In this document: in pieces, positions 1 to 8,602 of the stretch
Layout: each line of letters opens with the position of its first letter
Numbering within the stretch: position 1 is the first letter of the stretch
Virus record (IMG/VR): IMGVR_UViG_3300014877_000004
Location: 1 to 31,394 of that record
Direction: 5' to 3' (one strand)
DNA from: a virus
Lineage: Duplodnaviria > Caudoviricetes
Length of the DNA: 31,394 nucleotides
Translations under genes and position numbers: made by a program
Notes under the pieces: model-generated
Databases searched by the model: none
What the model was told of the DNA's origin: nothing
What the model saw: the letters and a program-made list of their open reading frames with translations, nothing else

Positions 1-1181
1 ATGCTTGCAGCAATTGTATCCAGGAAACCAAATCCAGTGCTCAGACCAAAGAAAACATTGAAGCCTTCCCTGACACACCTGACATAATCGTTTTGAGTTG
101 GAATAACTGCATTATTTACGACGCCAAAGATACTGCCGGCAATCTCTGACTGAAGGCCATCCTTAGGCCCAAAGGCAATTGCCAAGGCTTGGAAAATACC
201 AGCCATGGTTCCAACAAGAATTCCGCAGGCCACAACACTCTGTCTACTATCAATTGAGTCAAAGGGGGCAAGTGGATTGTTGTAACTGCCGTAGGACAAA
301 AGGTCTGTGCTGGCAATGTCAGCACTCTTTGGTTTGGAATAATTTGAGTTGACCTCAGACATAATGCGTCCAGGTTCAAAGCTTGTAACCGGAACCTTTA
401 GACCCAAACGAGCGATACCTGGAACAGTTGAAGTAACCTTGGCCAAAACAACCTGTCCAAAGTTATTGGTATCCTCGGGGATGTAGAGTTCTCCAGATCC
501 CTTCAATAGCATTTGGATGCCAAGGTTTTTCAAGTTCTCAATACGGAGAGTAATAACTTCTTCAGTTGGTTTAGGAGCATGTTTTCCAAGCTCCTTCTGA
601 ATAACAACCTTTCCGACATTGATTTGTTGGTCTTCATTGCGACCTGAAATCACATAGGGAGCACTACTTGCAAATCTATTATCCCTGATTTGAATACGCT
701 CTACATTTTGAGCAATTTCAGAGTTTGCACCCTGGGCATTGAGGTCACCGATTACCTGGGAATACTGTCGAGCCGTAGAAGAGGAGTCTACAGACCTTCC
801 CTTTCTTACGTGGAAATCAAAGGTGTTTGTGTCTGATAGATTTTCGAAGTTGGTTTTTCCATCTGGAGAAACGATGGGGTCTTCGATGAAGACGTCATCT
901 CCACCTGGACCACCGTCTGCAATACTATTTGGTCCACCATCGGGCCTTGAAAGGGTGATTTCCTGACCAATAGGACTCAGGGTAAACTTGTTATGGGCTT
1001 CCTGGGTGAGCCCAACTGCCATAGCATTGGTAAGTTCCTTTGTTTCAGGAGTAAAGTCCTCCCTATCAATGGCAAACGTCCCATCATCACCACTGTTTGT
1101 GATGATAATACTTACATAGCCCTTGTTTTGGGTCGCCAATGTTTGTCTCACCAGCTCTGGTATTTCGCCCCTAGAAGCCAT
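1..1181 (-). CDS. Large hypothetical protein downstream of tape measure, probably a baseplate/tail protein; 3'-truncated by the window edge (not in the ORF track)
   Basis: Manual translation from ATG at 1181 (MASRGEIPELVRQTLATQ...) stays open to position 1 (...GFGFLDTIAAS). TANTTA motif at 1187-1192 upstream. Function is inferred only from its position after the TMP. Confidence 0.75.
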   Translation of the reverse strand, partial: MASRGEIPELVRQTLATQNKGYVSIIITNSGDDGTFAIDREDFTPETKELTNAMAVGLTQEAHNKFTLSPIGQEITLSRPDGGPNSIADGGPGGDDVFIEDPIVSPDGKTNFENLSDTNTFDFHVRKGRSVDSSSTARQYSQVIGDLNAQGANSEIAQNVERIQIRDNRFASSAPYVISGRNEDQQINVGKVVIQKELGKHAPKPTEEVITLRIENLKNLGIQMLLKGSGELYIPEDTNNFGQVVLAKVTSTVPGIARLGLKVPVTSFEPGRIMSEVNSNYSKPKSADIASTDLLSYGSYNNPLAPFDSIDSRQSVVACGILVGTMAGIFQALAIAFGPKDGLQSEIAGSIFGVVNNAVIPTQNDYVRCVREGFNVFFGLSTGFGFLDTIAAS

Positions 1182-1189
1182 GCCAATAA

Positions 1190-1360
1190 CTACTGTCCTT
1201 GCTTCTTTTCAAGGTCAATCATGGGAACGATAATAGTTGTTTCCACACGTTCAACAAGCTTTCGGATGGAATCCATTATGATTGGACGTTGGTCATCCGA
1301 CAGTTGGTCGAAGAGCTTCTTGTAGTCCTCATCCTTGAGCATTTCATCAAATAACGACAT
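1190..1360 (-). CDS. Small hypothetical protein, 56 aa (MSLFDEMLKDEDYKKLFDQL...EKKQGQ)
   Basis: Manual translation. Its ATG overlaps the TMP stop (TAATG coupling at 1358-1362), and it fills the gap between the TMP and the next gene. Below the 60 aa track cutoff. Confidence 0.7.
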   Translation of the reverse strand: MSLFDEMLKDEDYKKLFDQLSDDQRPIIMDSIRKLVERVETTIIVPMIDLEKKQGQ

Positions 1361-4300
1361 TATGCCTCTCCCTTGACCGTGAAGGAAGAACCTCCGGGCC
1401 TGTTGGTAAGTGCCTGCTCGAATTCGTCGGCGTCGAGAACGACGTTGACGTTCAGGTTGATTGTAAAGTTACGGTTCTTAATCTCTAGTCTAGAGGTGCC
1501 ACCCACACCAAGGGAGTTGGCAAGCTCCTTGAGTTGTACGTTAATCCTCTGTGGGGTGCCACCATCAATCTTGTTTAGTTGGTCCGTTACCGTGTTAACA
1601 GCCGCAACAAGGTCCCTTACGTTATCCACGATTCCGGTGCTGTATCGGTCAGCGATAGCCTTAATGTCTCTCTCAAGACGAGCAACCCTAGCAGGAGAAG
1701 GAACCCTAAGGGTCGAAACTACATCAAGGGCTTCCCTGCGTTTCCTAGCTTCGTCATCCCTTTGGCCAAATAGTTGGCCCATAATGTCGTCTAGTCCACC
1801 GGCCTTGGTTGTACCTGCGGCTGAACGTCCAGTCTTTGAGACATTTATTCTCTTTGTGGCCGAGGTAATAGCCTCTGTCGTTCCACCAGCAATATTCCTA
1901 GCATTTGTAACAGCCGCCTTAGCTTGTTTATCCAGGTTCTTTGTTAGATTCTGCTGGTTTCTTTCAAGATCCTGACCACTGCTACGCCCAATACCCCTGA
2001 TGGTATTGAAGACATTCATAATTGGATCAAGGATACCCTTGGATGCATCCTTGATGCCAAGGAGGCCCTCAATGATGGGCTTGTTAACGTAGTCTTCCCA
2101 AACACCCTTAAGAGTCTGGAAGTGGTCGCTAAGTGGCTCAATCAAATTCTGGTTAACCCAGGAGGCCACTGTGGAAATAACGCTCTTAAAGAACTCAATC
2201 CTATCAGAGGCATAGTCCCAACCTGTCTTGAAAAGGTACTTGATAACGTCTACTAGGGTTGAGACCTGCTCATAGACGTTGTTGAACAAGAATTTGAGGG
2301 TATCAATTACTGCTGAAATCTGTTGGCCAACACGCTCCTCCAGGAAGGTGTAGATGGCTCCACCTACTCTCCTCAGGACTTCCATGGCAATAACTTGTAG
2401 TCCAACCCAAAACTCATAAATGGGCGTAATGACATCCATTATAGTATCCCTGACTTGCTCAAAAATTCCGGTTATGGTGTTGAAGGCACTAGAAACTGAA
2501 TCAACGATACTTGAGAAGGTACTTTCTGCCTCCCCGGCTACTTCAGGACCAAAGAGTTGTGAGACCAATCCAAAGATGAACTTCATGGGGTCTTCAACCA
2601 CTGCGATTACCTGGTCCACAAAACCTGCAATGGTATCATAAATGCTGTCAAATGTGTCATGGAACAGCAGATAGATGGCTCCTGCAAACAGAAGGAATGG
2701 ACCAGTCATGACGCCGATTCCAACCACGATGGCAGCCCCAAGGGCATAGATAAGAAGCTCACCAAGTTTCGTTACGAGCCATTGTCCAATGTCTTTCCAT
2801 GGAAGGGCCCCCAGGAAATCAAGGATCATGCCCCCAACCGCTCCAGCAATGACTATCAGGGAGTCAAACAGGGAAGCAAAGGCCTTTCCAAACGGACCGC
2901 TGCCTTCCGAGGACTTAAAGAACTCTCGTATGCCGTCAACAATTGTAGGCCAAGTATTGATGTAGAAATCCAAGAAAGCATCCTTCAACACAGACCCGCC
3001 TTCAACTAGAACGTCAAAGGCACTTGTTAGAATGTCCATTAGGCCTTCACCAATTACCTTGGTTATTTCCCCTGTTCGACCTCCACCAGGACTGAATATG
3101 TCCTTAACGAGGTCTCCTATTCCTTCTATGCCAAGTTTTATGGCAGCCACACCAGTTTTGAAGAGGACCTTAAAGAAGGTACCAAAGCCCTTCAGAATTC
3201 TAGAACCTCCCTGCTTAGAGCTGTCAAACCAATCAAAGAAGACTTCTCTCAGTTTCTTGAACAAGGCCTTTAGACCACCTTCAGGGTCGGTCAGGACGTT
3301 CCTGAAGAACTCCTTGAAAGCATCAACGACACCTCTCATCATTTTGCGCCACTTATTGGGAGCAAACAACTCCTGTAGACCCTTGAAGATATCAGCAACT
3401 CCAGGGAAGACCTTAACGAAGTAGTTTCCAAGCTCTCTGCCTGCCTGGAAGGTAATACGCAGATCTCTTCTGAGGGCGATAATCACCTTTCTAAAGTCCA
3501 TGGATCTTTCGATACCGAAAACAAAGCCTTTGATAAATGTTCTGAAGAAGCTATTCTCCATTTGCATGCCGTCCTTGATTAGACGTTCAATGGAGTTGGC
3601 TAGACGCTCCATGGCTTCAGCCTGAGTCAGTTGTTTTTTAGCTGTCAAGTCTGACTGTTTCTGGATATCACCATATGACAGAGCCTGACTTGACTGGGAG
3701 AAGCCCAGTTTTACGGCTTCCTCGGACAAGCCCGTTTGGGCTGCAAGGAGTTTCAACTCCTGGCGAGTCATTGACTCCACGGCTCTACCAGTCTGGAAAA
3801 AGGACTTACGGAGCATGTCAAACCTGGCTGCTGGGTCTTGTTCTTGGACGAGTTTAAGGGTGTCCAGATTCAGACCAAAGGCTTGATTCAGTTGTGACAC
3901 GGCATCTGCCGCCTGTTCGAAATTGTCAAATCTGTCAACAATACCCTGAAGGTCCTTGAATTCCAAGCCTAGTTTGTTTGCGAACACAGCAATGGAGGAA
4001 AGTTGTTTGATGGACAAGGAACCGAAGTTCTTAACGTCCTTGAGCATTTCTCCAACGGACTTAGAAATCTGGGCACCATTGATGCCAAAAGACTCTCCAA
4101 GTTGAAAGGCAAATGTAGTAATTTCACGGCTAACTTCCGTGAAACTCTTACCGCTGGCCAGGGCTTGTTGACCCACGCCCTTTATGCCCTCTTCGCTCAA
4201 GTGAAGACCCTTTACATAGGCACCAAAGGCCTCACCATTGGCTACAATTCCCTTGGCTAGGTTATTGAACAGGGGCCCAAGTTGCTCAGCAATTTCCCTG

Positions 4301-4989
4301 ATGGCCTTCATTCTCTCAGCAAGGTTGCCGAAAATACGGAAAACACGAAGGCCGGTTTCGGCCAGTTGGCCCTTCATACCACGAGTAATGTCCAGGACAG
4401 CCCGTGCTGCACCTGTTTTCAGGTCACCAAAGGACTTACGAACTTGCTCAATTTCTCGGGCCAGCTCTGAACTGCCAGGCTGAGAGGCTCTTGTCAGTAG
4501 GGCCTCCAACATCTTGAATGGAAGTGTGATGATGGATATCGCCAGGTTTCCAAGACCACTTACAACGCTGGTAATAATGCCTATCAAGCCTTCTCCAGCA
4601 TTCATAGCCATGTCTAGACCATCACTTAGGAGGCTTACAATACCAACAGGACCAGCAAGAGCCATCAGACTCTTACCCATGATTTTGAACCCGCCTCCAA
4701 GTCCTTTAGCACTAGCAGAACCTTCCTTAAGAACCGAATTCATGGTTCCCATGGTTTCCTGAGAAGACCCAGCCATGGATTCCATGGACTCCTCAGCCTC
4801 CTGCATTACTGCGTTTAGTTCATTCCAACCTGCTGTAAATTGTGTGGGGTCTAGTTGTTGGAACATCTCCAACATGTTCTTCAACAAAAGCATCTGACCA
4901 CGCATAATTTTGGCTTGCGTGAGATAGAGTTGATTCTGCTGGGCAATGAGCTTATTCAGCTCAATGGTCGTATCTATGTTGGTTGCCAC
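1360..4989 (-). CDS. Tail tape measure protein, 1209 aa (GTG start)
   Basis: Long, helical, Ala/Gly/Leu-rich sequence with periodic aromatics and a hydrophobic stretch (LLIYALGAAIVVGIGVMTGPFLLFAGAIYLLF). Lies downstream of the sheath, tube and chaperone genes. Confidence 0.85.
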   Translation of the reverse strand: MATNIDTTIELNKLIAQQNQLYLTQAKIMRGQMLLLKNMLEMFQQLDPTQFTAGWNELNAVMQEAEESMESMAGSSQETMGTMNSVLKEGSASAKGLGGGFKIMGKSLMALAGPVGIVSLLSDGLDMAMNAGEGLIGIITSVVSGLGNLAISIITLPFKMLEALLTRASQPGSSELAREIEQVRKSFGDLKTGAARAVLDITRGMKGQLAETGLRVFRIFGNLAERMKAIREIAEQLGPLFNNLAKGIVANGEAFGAYVKGLHLSEEGIKGVGQQALASGKSFTEVSREITTFAFQLGESFGINGAQISKSVGEMLKDVKNFGSLSIKQLSSIAVFANKLGLEFKDLQGIVDRFDNFEQAADAVSQLNQAFGLNLDTLKLVQEQDPAARFDMLRKSFFQTGRAVESMTRQELKLLAAQTGLSEEAVKLGFSQSSQALSYGDIQKQSDLTAKKQLTQAEAMERLANSIERLIKDGMQMENSFFRTFIKGFVFGIERSMDFRKVIIALRRDLRITFQAGRELGNYFVKVFPGVADIFKGLQELFAPNKWRKMMRGVVDAFKEFFRNVLTDPEGGLKALFKKLREVFFDWFDSSKQGGSRILKGFGTFFKVLFKTGVAAIKLGIEGIGDLVKDIFSPGGGRTGEITKVIGEGLMDILTSAFDVLVEGGSVLKDAFLDFYINTWPTIVDGIREFFKSSEGSGPFGKAFASLFDSLIVIAGAVGGMILDFLGALPWKDIGQWLVTKLGELLIYALGAAIVVGIGVMTGPFLLFAGAIYLLFHDTFDSIYDTIAGFVDQVIAVVEDPMKFIFGLVSQLFGPEVAGEAESTFSSIVDSVSSAFNTITGIFEQVRDTIMDVITPIYEFWVGLQVIAMEVLRRVGGAIYTFLEERVGQQISAVIDTLKFLFNNVYEQVSTLVDVIKYLFKTGWDYASDRIEFFKSVISTVASWVNQNLIEPLSDHFQTLKGVWEDYVNKPIIEGLLGIKDASKGILDPIMNVFNTIRGIGRSSGQDLERNQQNLTKNLDKQAKAAVTNARNIAGGTTEAITSATKRINVSKTGRSAAGTTKAGGLDDIMGQLFGQRDDEARKRREALDVVSTLRVPSPARVARLERDIKAIADRYSTGIVDNVRDLVAAVNTVTDQLNKIDGGTPQRINVQLKELANSLGVGGTSRLEIKNRNFTINLNVNVVLDADEFEQALTNRPGGSSFTVKGEA

Positions 4990-5018
4990 TTAGTTGAGTC
5001 TTTATAGCTTGCAGGTGA

Positions 5019-5024
5019 TAATTA
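5019..5024. promoter_or_regulatory. TAATTA, palindromic variant of the TANTTA candidate late promoter, in the divergent gap between the TMP and ORF 5056
   Basis: Matches a motif seen upstream of ten genes; about 30 nt from both divergent starts. Confidence 0.55.
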
Positions 5025-5055
5025 CACTTGATTCGGAATTCTTGCGGGGATTATA

Positions 5056-5403
5056 ATGAGCGACGATACTGATAACAAAGAGAAGAAAGAGCCTCTTAAT
5101 GAAATACAGCTCTCCTGGGCCGGTAAGTTGTTTTTCGCTGGTGTGGCATCCTACCTTGCAAGCCTGGGCATTGACAAACTAACTGGTGGTGGTAATCTTC
5201 CTCCGCCTAGGTTACCCTTCAAAATTCGTGGTACTCCACAGCAGATTAATGCCGTAGTTGGAGCCCTTGTAGCCTCCAAGGCCTTTCAGCAAGAATTAAA
5301 GAGACCTGGAGCCACTGTAGAGTCTGTGATTCAGAAGCTGAATCTAAAGAATATGACAAAGGAACGCTTCAGGGCCATGACCGGAAAGCCCTGGCCACTT
5401 TGA
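5056..5403 (+). CDS. Hypothetical protein, 115 aa
   Basis: Clean ORF, first of a tightly spaced three-gene plus-strand unit. Has an L-N-E motif near the N-terminus. Confidence 0.75.
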   Translation: MSDDTDNKEKKEPLNEIQLSWAGKLFFAGVASYLASLGIDKLTGGGNLPPPRLPFKIRGTPQQINAVVGALVASKAFQQELKRPGATVESVIQKLNLKNMTKERFRAMTGKPWPL

Positions 5404-5406
5404 CCT

Positions 5407-5700
5407 ATGACAACACCTCTACTCAGAGAAGTAATTCAAGTTTTGGTTGAGCAAACATTTGGGGATCGTCCCAAGCAAGATCCCCGTAAGACAGCCAAGG
5501 CTGTCCTAGCTTTGTTTTCTCCACATGAACGAGCGGGCATTATTGACTCCATCGAACTCGGAGATCTTGACATTGCTCGTAAAATCATCGATGACAGAAT
5601 GCAGGATGCCGTTAATACCTTTGATGAACACTGGACCGTTCCCTTCTACGACCTAGTTAAGGACCTTGTTGAGGATGCCCTCAGAGTAAAAGGATCTTAG
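5407..5700 (+). CDS. Hypothetical protein, 97 aa
   Basis: 3 nt after the previous stop and 4 nt before the Nudix gene. N-terminus is LLREVIQVLVE. Confidence 0.7.
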   Translation: MTTPLLREVIQVLVEQTFGDRPKQDPRKTAKAVLALFSPHERAGIIDSIELGDLDIARKIIDDRMQDAVNTFDEHWTVPFYDLVKDLVEDALRVKGS

Positions 5701-5704
5701 AACC

Positions 5705-6244
5705 ATGCCCTTTGAAAAAGTATCCGAGAAAAACTGGGCCGTCAAGCACAAGGATAGCGGCTATGACAAGAAACTCACTGTCAAGCAGTTTAAACTGCCA
5801 AATGGCGTTACGGAGACTTTCATCCTTGATGATGACAAGGATAGCGTTCAGATTTTCCCCATAACAGAAGACAGAAAAGTCATTACCGTAGTCCAGTTTC
5901 GACCAGGTACCGAAAAAGAGGAAATCGAGCTACCGGGTGGCGGACTCGAACCCAAGGAAGACCATGCCCGTGCTGCCCTCAGGGAGCTATTAGAGGAGAC
6001 TTCCTTTACGGGTAGGCTAACCTTCATTGGAGCCCAGAACTATTCTCCATATTCCTCTGGGAGGCGCTACATGTACATGGCGACGGGTTGCCACCAAGCA
6101 GCCAAGTCCCTTGACCTGGATCCCAACGAATTCCTCAAGGTCAAACTTTGGACCCTGGAGGAGTTTAGAGACCTAATGCAAAAAGGCCACGTCCGTGGAC
6201 ATGACCTTGCTTACATGGCTCTAGACAAGCTCGGACTGCTTTAG
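5705..6244 (+). CDS. Nudix hydrolase, ADP-ribose pyrophosphatase-like
   Basis: Nudix box GGGLEPKEDHARAALRELLEETS, preceded by QFRPG...ELPGG as in NudF-like enzymes. Substrate is inferred. Confidence 0.9.
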   Translation: MPFEKVSEKNWAVKHKDSGYDKKLTVKQFKLPNGVTETFILDDDKDSVQIFPITEDRKVITVVQFRPGTEKEEIELPGGGLEPKEDHARAALRELLEETSFTGRLTFIGAQNYSPYSSGRRYMYMATGCHQAAKSLDLDPNEFLKVKLWTLEEFRDLMQKGHVRGHDLAYMALDKLGLL

Positions 6245-6990
6245 GCCAATGTCCAACCTTTATAGGACGGCTTTTTTCTGTTTGTCAATTTAATGACTGA
6301 ATGTTTGTGATATCCCATTTGTCGACAAAATTCTGAGATGTTGATAACAACATGTATGATACCATTAGGATCTAACAACTTAACAGACTTTGCTTTCTTA
6401 AGTCCGTATTCAACAAGACGCTGATGTTCAAGGGACCCTGGTGCACACTGTTCTTTTCTTTTCTGTTTCATCAAATGCATTGTTTCGGGCCTGTGTTTAG
6501 AATCTTTGAACCAACCACGTTTACTTAGCAGGGATTTCTTTAGGTGAATTTCTTTCTCGCTTTTGGTTTTTGTTGCCCACATACGTTTCGAAGCTTCTCC
6601 CTGTGCTTTTTTGAAAGCCTTTGAACGGACTTTACTAGATGGGTTTGTGTTTTTATAGCCTTCTCGGGAAATTGCTCTGTTACACAGGTTGTAGCACTGG
6701 TTTCCGTTGTCAAAGTATTGTTTAAGGTAGACTTCTTCGACCTTTAGTCGTTTAACTCTATCTCCCTCTATAACCTCAAGAACCTCGAAAACAAAGACAT
6801 CTGTGCCACATTTATTGAAGTCGGCCTGCAAGAATCGATTTTGATGTTTGTTCGTGGTGAGAGAAACCTTGTGTTGGTTCCAGCGTATCTTAAACTCTTT
6901 GGCGGAACCATAATAGGCCCTTCCATTCAAGATATTCGTTATCTTGTAAACCCCAGACTTGAGAGACTTGCCTTCATACTTGAATTCCAT
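6241..6990 (-). CDS. Free-standing GIY-YIG homing endonuclease
   Basis: SGVYKITNILNGRAYYGSA...RWNQH...E...YN catalytic module, a NUMOD3-like KHRPETMHLMKQ segment, and a C-terminal ISEFCRQ...YKGW domain. AAGGAG SD upstream. Confidence 0.9.
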   Translation of the reverse strand: MEFKYEGKSLKSGVYKITNILNGRAYYGSAKEFKIRWNQHKVSLTTNKHQNRFLQADFNKCGTDVFVFEVLEVIEGDRVKRLKVEEVYLKQYFDNGNQCYNLCNRAISREGYKNTNPSSKVRSKAFKKAQGEASKRMWATKTKSEKEIHLKKSLLSKRGWFKDSKHRPETMHLMKQKRKEQCAPGSLEHQRLVEYGLKKAKSVKLLDPNGIIHVVINISEFCRQMGYHKHSVIKLTNRKKPSYKGWTLA

Positions 6991-7034
6991 ACTTTACTCC
7001 TTCAGTTGGTATGGAACAGAGGGGACGTTTTGTC

Positions 7035-7308
7035 TCAGAAACGTCTCAGCTTTGCTGGGGCGTTCGGATGAGCCTTACCTGTCATTGATCTCATTCCAGG
7101 GGAGTTATGGTGTGCACCCTTGGTTGGAATGTCGTTCTGGGCCTTGTGAGCCTTTTCGATTTCCTTGTCAATACGCTTGATGAGCCACTTCTTGTAGGCA
7201 ACTGGGTAGTTGTAGTATGTATTCCAGTCCATGCCGAAGTAGTACCCAAGGAGAAAGAAGGGCTCTAGAAGAACGTCTTCCTTATCGCTTGGCGTTAGGC
7301 CAAAAAAA
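7035..7308 (-). CDS. Putative frameshift-accessed C-terminal extension of the tail assembly chaperone (GT-like); the track calls only 7035..7232
   Basis: The +1 frame is open from the T7 run: FFGLTPSDKEDVLLEPFFLLGYYFGMDWNTYY... There is no ATG/GTG/TTG in this frame upstream of 7232 and no SD before that ATG. Confidence 0.65.
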
Positions 7309-8181
7309 GGTAGGTCCCATAGGAAGGGTAACCTCCTCTACGTGGTCACAGGAGTTGCATCTAAAGTCAACCATCATGTGAACACCCGGCTCGTGTTCGT
7401 CAATAAACTCTCTGAGTGCCAGGGAGTCAATGGCGGGCATGTACTGAACGAACTTGGAAATACTGCTTCTGTCTTGACTTCCATCAATTTCAACAATGGA
7501 CCTTGCAAGACGAGCGGTAACGATATTGGAGTTAAGAAGACCCTTCTTCTTTCTCATGTCAACCTCGGACAAAATCTCCTCTTCCTCTCTTCCGGTTAGG
7601 AAGCGGAAGCCAATGGTCTTGCCACACTTTGGAAGCTTGAAGTGAAAAAGGTTTGTTCCTGGCTGAGCTGGTTCAAGGGTAAGGGGCTTGATGCCGAGGT
7701 CAGTTAGGTTGATTGGGAAGTCGTTCTTGAATTCACACTGAGGGCAAATATAGGTGGGTTCATACATGGCTCCATAGCCAGAAGCCCTGATTGCAATCAT
7801 GAGGGCGTTACGATCACCGGACAGGAGAGTGTTAACGTCGATATCTGGGTTTGTAAGACAGGACTTAATAAGTTCGGTGATAACCGTTCCTTTCTTAATA
7901 AGGGCAGGACTCATCAGAATGTCTTCCTCCTTGGCAGTCATGGCTCTGTAGTCTACAGCCTCAGCCATATGCAGGGGGTGACCATCTGGGTAAACCTTTC
8001 CCTTTGAAGGGAGAGGAACTGCGTCAATGGGAATCTCCACCCCAAGTTCCCTCTTGGCATAATCCTGGCGGCTTACTTGAGGAATGCCTCCGCCACCAGC
8101 AGCCTGTTGGGCAGCAAACACTGCGTTGCGCAACCCCCTCTGCTCGGCAGATTCTTCTTTGTTTTCTTCCTTTTGTGCCAT
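7282..8181 (-). CDS. Tail/baseplate-hub assembly chaperone (T4 gp26-like, two CxxC motifs); start probably 8181 rather than 8208
   Basis: VPLPSKGKVYP, MTAKEEDILMS, GDRNALMIAIR, CPQC, CNSC and terminal FFWP. Sits between tube and TMP. AAGGA SD precedes the ATG at 8181. Confidence 0.8.
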   Translation of the reverse strand: MAQKEENKEESAEQRGLRNAVFAAQQAAGGGGIPQVSRQDYAKRELGVEIPIDAVPLPSKGKVYPDGHPLHMAEAVDYRAMTAKEEDILMSPALIKKGTVITELIKSCLTNPDIDVNTLLSGDRNALMIAIRASGYGAMYEPTYICPQCEFKNDFPINLTDLGIKPLTLEPAQPGTNLFHFKLPKCGKTIGFRFLTGREEEEILSEVDMRKKKGLLNSNIVTARLARSIVEIDGSQDRSSISKFVQYMPAIDSLALREFIDEHEPGVHMMVDFRCNSCDHVEEVTLPMGPTFFWPNAKR

Positions 8182-8260
8182 CAATAATTCCTTCCAAATA
8201 TCAACCATTAAGGTAGGTTGTACATGTACATATGTCTGATCGCAATTTTCGGTTGAAATC

Positions 8261-8289
8261 TTGACATTAACATGTTATTGTGGTAGTAT
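8261..8289 (+). promoter_or_regulatory. Sigma70-like promoter TTGACA-17bp-TAGTAT with extended -10 TG
   Basis: Perfect -35 box, 17 nt spacer, TGgTAGTAT. Directly upstream of the ATG at 8306. Confidence 0.7.
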
Positions 8290-8305
8290 GACACAGAAGA
8301 ACTTC

Positions 8306-8602
8306 ATGGGTTCAGAATACTGGTTAGCGGGGTCAGTTGTGTCCCTAGATTTAGAACACTGGCTCCTTTACAAGGACAAGGCCGGAATGACCTGCCCCGA
8401 GGCTGATCTTCATGAGGACGTTGAAATGGTTCACAAGACCTGGGGTCCCAAGTCCAATGCCTTCGTTGTCACAGTGGATAATTCAGAGACCTTCTACAAG
8501 GTCCTTCTCGACAATCGCTTTTTCTGGTTTCCCATTATGGGGGCTACTCTGGTTACCGAATCCCAGGACCGCCAGGACCGCCACCAGAAGTCACAGCCCT
8601 AG
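8306..8602 (+). CDS. Hypothetical protein, ~98 aa (MGSEYWLAG...)
   Basis: ORF lies downstream of the sigma70-like promoter; the track's TTG start at 8261 is the -35 box. Convergent 50 nt overlap with the ORF ending at 8553. Confidence 0.6.
   Translation: MGSEYWLAGSVVSLDLEHWLLYKDKAGMTCPEADLHEDVEMVHKTWGPKSNAFVVTVDNSETFYKVLLDNRFFWFPIMGATLVTESQDRQDRHQKSQP

Noticed and set aside
1373-4762. Many plus-strand ORFs opposite the TMP (and likewise opposite the sheath, neck and capsid genes)
   Set aside because: Antisense shadows of long real genes, with no motifs and Ser/Pro-rich unnatural composition.
5028-5057. TTGATT-18bp-TATAAT sigma70-like match
   Set aside because: The -10 box overlaps the ATG of ORF 5056, so it cannot transcribe that gene intact. 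Probably chance, though a role for downstream genes is not excluded.
6241-7035. Possible group I intron around the GIY-YIG gene
   Set aside because: The flanking genes are intact with their own stops, and the 44 nt upstream gap leaves no room for a ribozyme core.
8563-8586. Short tandem repeat ccaggaccg
   Set aside because: Only about two copies, explained by the GGGPGGPG C-terminal coding sequence.
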